Source of the DNA: Octopus sinensis
Lineage: Eukaryota
DNA: 15,997 nt
Assembly (NCBI RefSeq): GCF_006345805.1
Contig: NW_021825327.1
Location: 1-15,997 of the forward strand
Direction of reading: 5' to 3'
Position 1 is the stretch's first letter. Each line of letters begins with the position of its first letter. Below the pieces are notes generated by a model. It was not told the origin of the DNA and ran no database searches. It saw nothing but the letters and a program-made list of their open reading frames with translations. Made by a program: the position numbers and the translations under genes. Of this stretch, positions 9,946 through 15,997 are shown piece by piece.

Positions 9946-10599
9946 AATACAATGACGATTGGAAAGTAGGCCATCTTAATGATATAATAAATATATATGT
10001 ATTCAAGCAGAAACACACACACACACACACACACTCCATATATATGCCTTTATGTGTGTACATGTGTGCTTGGGTGTGTATGTATGGCTGTGCTTGTGTG
10101 TTTATGAGTGCGTATACACATCACCTGGATTTGCTACGAAACCGGTCTGTTACTTTAAGGAACTCGCAACCATTCGTATGATATTTCTCTTTACGGAAAG
10201 CAAATTATGTTAAATAAAAATTCCCAAAGAACATAAAGCTGATTCCATTCAGCGCAACTGAATCCATTAGCACTGCCGTGCAGTTTTACGACTGTTCTGA
10301 GGGTACAAACGGTTCAAATATTTGGATTAATCATTGATTAATTCAAGGTTATCTTATAAACCGTATTTATACACTTACAGCAAATACAATCGTATCACAT
10401 AGATTATTATTATTTTAGGTTCCATTTGCTTTTAATACTGTTCTCTGTTTATCATTCTTCCTGGATATATACACTGTAATATGTACATAAATGAATATGC
10501 ACATACATTCTAGCACACACACACACACACACACACATAACATGCAAATTTGCACATAGCAATATATGTGTGAGAGTATGTGGATGCAAATATGTGTGT

Positions 10600-10607
10600 G
10601 TCTATAT

Positions 10608-10682
<75 letters not shown>
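10600..10682. repeat. (CTAT)n / GATA tetranucleotide microsatellite
   Basis: Directly visible near-perfect array. Confidence 0.95.
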
Positions 10683-11284
10683 CTATTATTGGTATATATG
10701 TATATTTGTATATATATATATATAAATCAGCATGTATATGTATATATGTGTGTGTGTGTGTGTGCATATGTATATAGATATGTATGTATGTATATATATA
10801 TATATATATATACATGCTGATTTATATATAAACGTACAAATATACAAATATAAATATATATCTATATACGCCTATTCACGTGTAAACAAACATATACAAG
10901 TATATTGACACATACGCCCGTACACACACACAGACACACAGACGCACGCATACGCATATACGTACGCATATATGATTATTTACACATGAATGTATTTGCA
11001 ATTGCGCGTACAAAACGCGATACACGAACGCTCGCACGCACGCATATGCATAAATGAATACACACATAAATAAATACATATAAACATACATACATACATG
11101 CATACATACATATATACATATATACATATATGCATACATGCATTCATATATACATACATGCATACACAAATACAAGCATAGATATGTATTCATATAAATA
11201 AATATATGTTAATATAAATAGAATATATCCATATATACGTTTTTTTTGTTAATATATACATTTGTTTGCAAGATTTTTGACGTG

Positions 11285-11327
11285 ATATAATATATAATAT
11301 ACTATATCGATATATAATATAATATAT

Positions 11328-11383
<56 letters not shown>

Positions 11384-11559
11384 TATTATATATATATACA
11401 TATATATATATATATAATATAAATATATATATATATATATTATATATATATTACATATATATATATGATATATATATATATATTATACAAATATATATAT
11501 ACATATATATGTATATATATATAATGATATATATATACACATATACATATATATAAATA

Positions 11560-11611
<52 letters not shown>

Positions 11612-11660
11612 TATCTATATAGGTTATGTGTATGTATATATAAATATGTATACATGTACA
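11285..11660. repeat. long imperfect (TA)n microsatellite
   Basis: Directly visible. Confidence 0.95.
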
Positions 11661-11881
11661 TATGCAAACATTTGTCTACGTAATTATATAGCTTTATATA
11701 TACATTTACGTTGTAACAAGCTTCTCCTTTCGTTTATTGATGGCAATTCACTTTCGATGGATGTGTAGATACATCTTATTTCCAATATGTTTTGATTTAC
11801 GAGAAATGTAAAAAAAAAAATATTATTAAACTGAGCAAAATTATTTTTGTGCGCTCTGCAATCGGAAACGTGTTTTTGCCC

Positions 11882-11927
<46 letters not shown>

Positions 11928-11941
11928 CATTATTATTGTTA

Positions 11942-12002
<61 letters not shown>

Positions 12003-12042
12003 TTATTGTTATTATTATTATTATTATTATTCATATTATTTT

Positions 12043-12073
<31 letters not shown>

Positions 12074-12186
12074 GATTATTATTATTATTGTTATTATTAT
12101 TACTATTACTATTCTTCTTCTTCTTCTTCTTTTTATTAATATTATTATTATCATTATTATTATTACATTATTATTATTATTATTAC

Positions 12187-12235
<49 letters not shown>

Positions 12236-12321
12236 CATTATTATTATTACTATTATTATTATTATTGCTATTATTATTATTATTATTATTGTTATTATTA
12301 TTATTACTATTATTATTATTT
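11882..12321. repeat. ~440 bp (ATT)n trinucleotide microsatellite with a short (CTT)n patch
   Basis: Directly visible; source of the poly-Y/I/L/N ORFs. Confidence 0.97.
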
Positions 12322-12814
12322 TGATTACTTTTTAAGAATTCCTGTTTTTCCTTTTTGACATCATAAAATATATGGCCCTTAAATGCAATCCGAGAAAAAT
12401 TTTTTATTCCGAAAATCAATTGCTATGAAATGAAGAATTTAGAAGCGAACATTGCTTAAAATCACCATGACTCATAAAGGACACAAAGCAAAACAAAAAA
12501 GAATAAAAAATCAAAGCAAAAGCTAAACAATAAGCAGGAATTTAGTTGCTTACATCCATCCATAGATAGCAATCTCCTGTTAATTCTTGCAGCAAGAAAA
12601 GATAACTCTTATGATTTATCTAATCTGTTCAAATGGATCACCCTCTCTTACACCGAGTCGCTTATTGATCTCAGGTTGTTTATAGAATAATTTATGAGCG
12701 TGTGTAAACAAGATTGTCTTAATCGACACTATTGTTGCCTGGAGATGTGCATTGCTATTTACTAAATGTTACAAGGTCTCCTTTAGTTTTTAGCTTCAAT
12801 GAAATATATACAAT

Positions 12815-12933
12815 TATTATATATATATATATAAATATATATATAGATATACACACATATTTATATGTAAATATATATATATATATATATATATATAGAT
12901 AGATAGATATACACACATATTTATATGTAAATA

Positions 12934-12989
<56 letters not shown>

Positions 12990-13075
12990 TATATATACAC
13001 ACATATTAGATTAAATATATATATACATATTATATGAATATATATATAATATATGTATATATATATATATAATAT

Positions 13076-13120
<45 letters not shown>
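12815..13120. repeat. (TA)n microsatellite containing a 60 bp-period duplication
   Basis: atagatatacacacatatttatatgtaaatatat occurs at 12843 and 12903. Confidence 0.9.
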
Positions 13121-13121
<1 letters not shown>

Positions 13122-13382
13122 TGTGTGTGTTTTTATGCTTATGTAAACGTAAACTTTAGCCATTTATAAGCTCATATATAGCCCTCCTTGGAAACTCTCG
13201 TAGAGGGTGCTGAAGAAATAAGGTGAACTGTTTGAGAGAAAAGAAATATATAATTTGATATATAATGTATGAAGATATTGATATATGCTTATGTGTAAAT
13301 ATCATATACATACCGCACATACACAGAAATATATAAGTATATATACATATATCTACATATAAATATCTACATTGAGAAAGCA

Positions 13383-13390
13383 TATATCTA

Positions 13391-13443
<53 letters not shown>

Positions 13444-13453
13444 GTCTATCTAT

Positions 13454-13485
<32 letters not shown>

Positions 13486-13496
13486 TTATCTATCTA

Positions 13497-13529
<33 letters not shown>

Positions 13530-13620
13530 ATATATATATATGCGTATACATACTGACACACATACACACAATCATACAAACACATACACATATATGCATA
13601 TATATACATATATATTTATG
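13383..13620. repeat. compound (CTAT)n/(TA)n/(CA)n microsatellite
   Basis: Directly visible. Confidence 0.9.
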
Positions 13621-14249
13621 TGAAAAAACATCGTTTATTTGTATCGATCGCATTGTTATTGAATATTTTAAATAGCGATTGAGGTGTAAAAGTTGTTAGA
13701 CATCGTATTGTGGTTCCGTTATCAATGAATTATCTGTATTTGAATGTTTCTTCCTTTGGTATCCGTGGAAGTCACTGAGGGAACGTGTACGAAATTATTT
13801 AGTATTTCATATTTGGTGGTTTCGTTCACCATATTTCTATCTACGAACCAAGCCCCGTTCTTCAGGGCTTATCTATGAACCTGTGGATTAGCTCTCTAAT
13901 TGGTAAGGAAGGGGTCGAACTGTTTGCTAGAAATCGCAGCAGCATCTCTGAATATAGGCTTAGTTATATTACTAGTAATCTATCGAAAATGAAGAAAATA
14001 ATAAAAAGGGATTATCATGGCAAGAAAATTGTAGGTCTTCTCAATCAATGAGTGCCAGGAGCTTTACAACAACAAGAGCAACAGCAACAACGGCGATAAC
14101 AATCCTTAAAATCCTTAAAAAACTTTTAGCCCGAAGGCCGCGGCCATGCTGGGGCACAAGGAGAATAACAAGAGTAAAAGTAGTAGCTACGCCTATAATA
14201 CAAGGCAGAGCAAATGTAGCAACGCCAACTTCTGCGGCATTCTTCTATT

Positions 14250-14388
14250 TTTTTTTATTCTTTTACTTGTTTCAACCATTTGTCTGCGGCCATGCTGGAG
14301 AACCGACTTTATATTCGAGCAAATCGACCCCAGGACTATTCTTTGTAAGCCTGGTACTTATTCCATCCGCTAAGTTACGTATATATTA

Positions 14389-14461
<73 letters not shown>

Positions 14462-14812
14462 GTGTGGTGTGTGTGTGTGTGTTGTGTGTCTGTGTTTGTC
14501 CCCCTAGCATTGCTTGACAACCGATGCTGGTGTGTTTACGTCCTCGTCACTTGCCGAACCGCTAAGTTTACGGGCGACATAAACGCACCAGAAGTGGTTG
14601 TCAGGCGATGTTGTTTGGGAAAAACACAGACACAGACACAGACATACACATATACATACGACGGGCTTCTTTCAGTTTCCGTCTACCAAATTCACTCACA
14701 AGACATTGGTCGGCTCGAGGCTATAGCAGAAGACACTTGACCAAGGTGCCACTCAGTGGGACTGAACCCGGAACCATGTGACTGGTAAGCAAGCTACATA
14801 CCACACAGCCAC
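14250..14812 (-). mobile_element. tRNA-derived SINE (same family as 2916-3378), interrupted by an oppositely oriented fragment
   Basis: 14553-14812 is the reverse complement of the SINE 5' half (gtggctgtgtgg A box, ggttcagtccc B box). 14250-14379 is the reverse complement of the 3' end. Confidence 0.9.
14378..14552 (+). mobile_element. plus-strand internal SINE fragment nested in the minus-strand SINE
   Basis: (TA)n(TG)n followed by tgtgtttgtccccctagcattgcttgacaaccgatgctggtgtgtttacgtcctcgtcactt, nearly identical to 3073-3238. Confidence 0.88.
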
Positions 14813-15155
14813 ATCAACATCAACATCCAGTGTAACAAGTGCTGCAGCAGAGCAGCGGCTGCAGCGAAAGCAGCAATAACAATGACGATAACAGCCAATA
14901 CTGCAACAGCAACAACAACGACAATGATCGAAGGAACGGTAACAAGTACAGCAGCAACGACAACCATTAAAACAGAATCGTCAAAAGGAACAACAGCAGA
15001 ATCTACCCTAGAAGTAAAAATAATAATTAAAGGCGCAACATCACAATAGCAACAAGAAAGACTGTAGTACAATAACAGTAGCATGAACAGCAGTAGTAGT
15101 GGCTGCATCCGCATCACCAGCAGCATCAGCATCAGCATCACCGGCAGCAGCAACT
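14813..15155. repeat. degenerate (CAA/CAG/GCA)n low-complexity tract
   Basis: Old trinucleotide repeat. Similar sequence at ~14065-14235 suggests the SINE inserted into one such tract. Confidence 0.7.
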
Positions 15156-15249
15156 GGAAGGATGCTCATAACAATAATTATGTCCAAATAATATTGAAGT
15201 TATTGGTTGGAATATATACCTGTTTTAGTATTTTTAGTATTTATCGTTT

Positions 15250-15356
15250 ATTTGTTTAAGTCATTAGACTGCAGTCATGCTGGGGCACCGGTTTGAGGAA
15301 CTTGAGTCGAATGAACCGACCCCGGAACATGTTTTTTATGTCTATGACTTATTCTG
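15250..15356 (-). mobile_element. diverged SINE 3'-end fragment
   Basis: gtcattagactgcagtcatgctggggcaccg...gtcgaatgaaccgaccccgg...acttattct is homologous to the reverse complement of 3262-3355. Confidence 0.75.
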
Positions 15357-15454
15357 TAATTGTAACCGCAGAATAACCAAGGCAGTTGAATCCATCTATA
15401 TCCGTTGTTGGGCGATATGAAAACTACAACAATCTCGGACAACTTGCTTTGAAT

Positions 15455-15555
15455 TTTTCATCCGGCATTTTATATCATGAGTTCAAGTGTGGCTGGCGGA
15501 CAACTTTACCATCCACCATTCTAAGGTTGATGAACTGAAATAGCAGTTTACTACA
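15455..15555 (+). mobile_element. highly diverged SINE fragment (B-box plus central domain)
   Basis: gagttcaagt (B-box-like) followed by caactttaccatccaccattctaaggttgatgaactgaaatagcag, which resembles a SINE central domain I recall. No second copy in the window. Confidence 0.4.
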
Positions 15556-15997
15556 CGTATTAATGAAATTGAAAGATGATATGAGACAGCATGCAATGAG
15601 CCAGCACTGAGGAATAAAAACCTTACCACTGACAAACCGTGGAGTTTCTAACGAACGGCTGATGATATACCGTTCGGCCTACTCTGGCATCATATTGATA
15701 TTTATCTGAAATACCCTGTCTTATTGCCAACTTGCAGACACAATTTCATCCCTTCACTCGTCTACATATACACAATATTCCTCCAAATCTCTCTCATAAC
15801 TTTCCTTAAAAAGGTTTCTTGAGCAGATATATGTTAAAAGATTCACATACTTTGATATTTCCGGCTTTCTTTCAGGCAAACTTATTTTCAATGGGTTGTT
15901 TTAAATATACATATTCTTCAACATAACTTATCTGAACCTAAAAGAGATTCTCTTCCCTTTAATGTTATTATCAGAAACCAACCAAGTTTTTAAATAT

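Noticed and set aside
346-13623. Dozens of ORFs rich in YI/IY, CV, LSIY and poly-Y/I/L/N
   Set aside because: They are translations of stop-free microsatellites in multiple frames and strands, with no domain or splice evidence.
13810-13870. Minus-strand CUGAAGA...GAAAC hammerhead candidate
   Set aside because: No stem II closes directly after the core, and stems I and III cannot be formed.
14048-14740. 230 aa ORF, the longest in the window
   Set aside because: It reads through low-complexity sequence, antisense and sense SINE pieces and a microsatellite, so it is a chance ORF.
14794-15153. Hydrophobic 119 aa minus ORF, or a mucin-like Thr/Ala-rich plus reading
   Set aside because: It derives from a degenerate CAA/CAG repeat, and the Thr/Ala-rich plus frame is interrupted by stops.
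1-15997. CRISPR array, prokaryotic operon, rRNA or intact RT/transposase
   Set aside because: No regularly spaced repeat-spacer units, no long complex ORFs and no rRNA motifs. The window is eukaryotic repeat-rich DNA.

Overview
AT-rich, microsatellite-saturated eukaryotic non-coding DNA, intronic or intergenic. The tRNA-derived SINEs match families I recall from octopus genomes; this is recall, not a database result. No intact protein-coding gene is supported, and nearly all ORFs in the supplied track are translations of (TA)n, (TACA)n, (CTAT)n or (ATT)n repeats. Supported content: (1) a decayed, C-terminally truncated mariner transposase fossil on the minus strand (~6560-7502); (2) several SINE copies, one a chimera with an inverted internal fragment and one with fused A/B boxes; (3) a ~570 bp MITE-like element with ~108 bp terminal inverted repeats (5181-5747); (4) a ~98% identical 153 bp inverted duplication (7594-7746 vs 8768-8921); (5) a degenerate hammerhead-ribozyme-like motif with an upstream TATA-like box (minus, ~6385-6500), resembling Penelope-like pseudo-LTRs, plus two weaker candidates. 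I see no convincing novel multi-gene system. The most interesting signals are the ribozyme-like motifs and the recurring fold-back structures.
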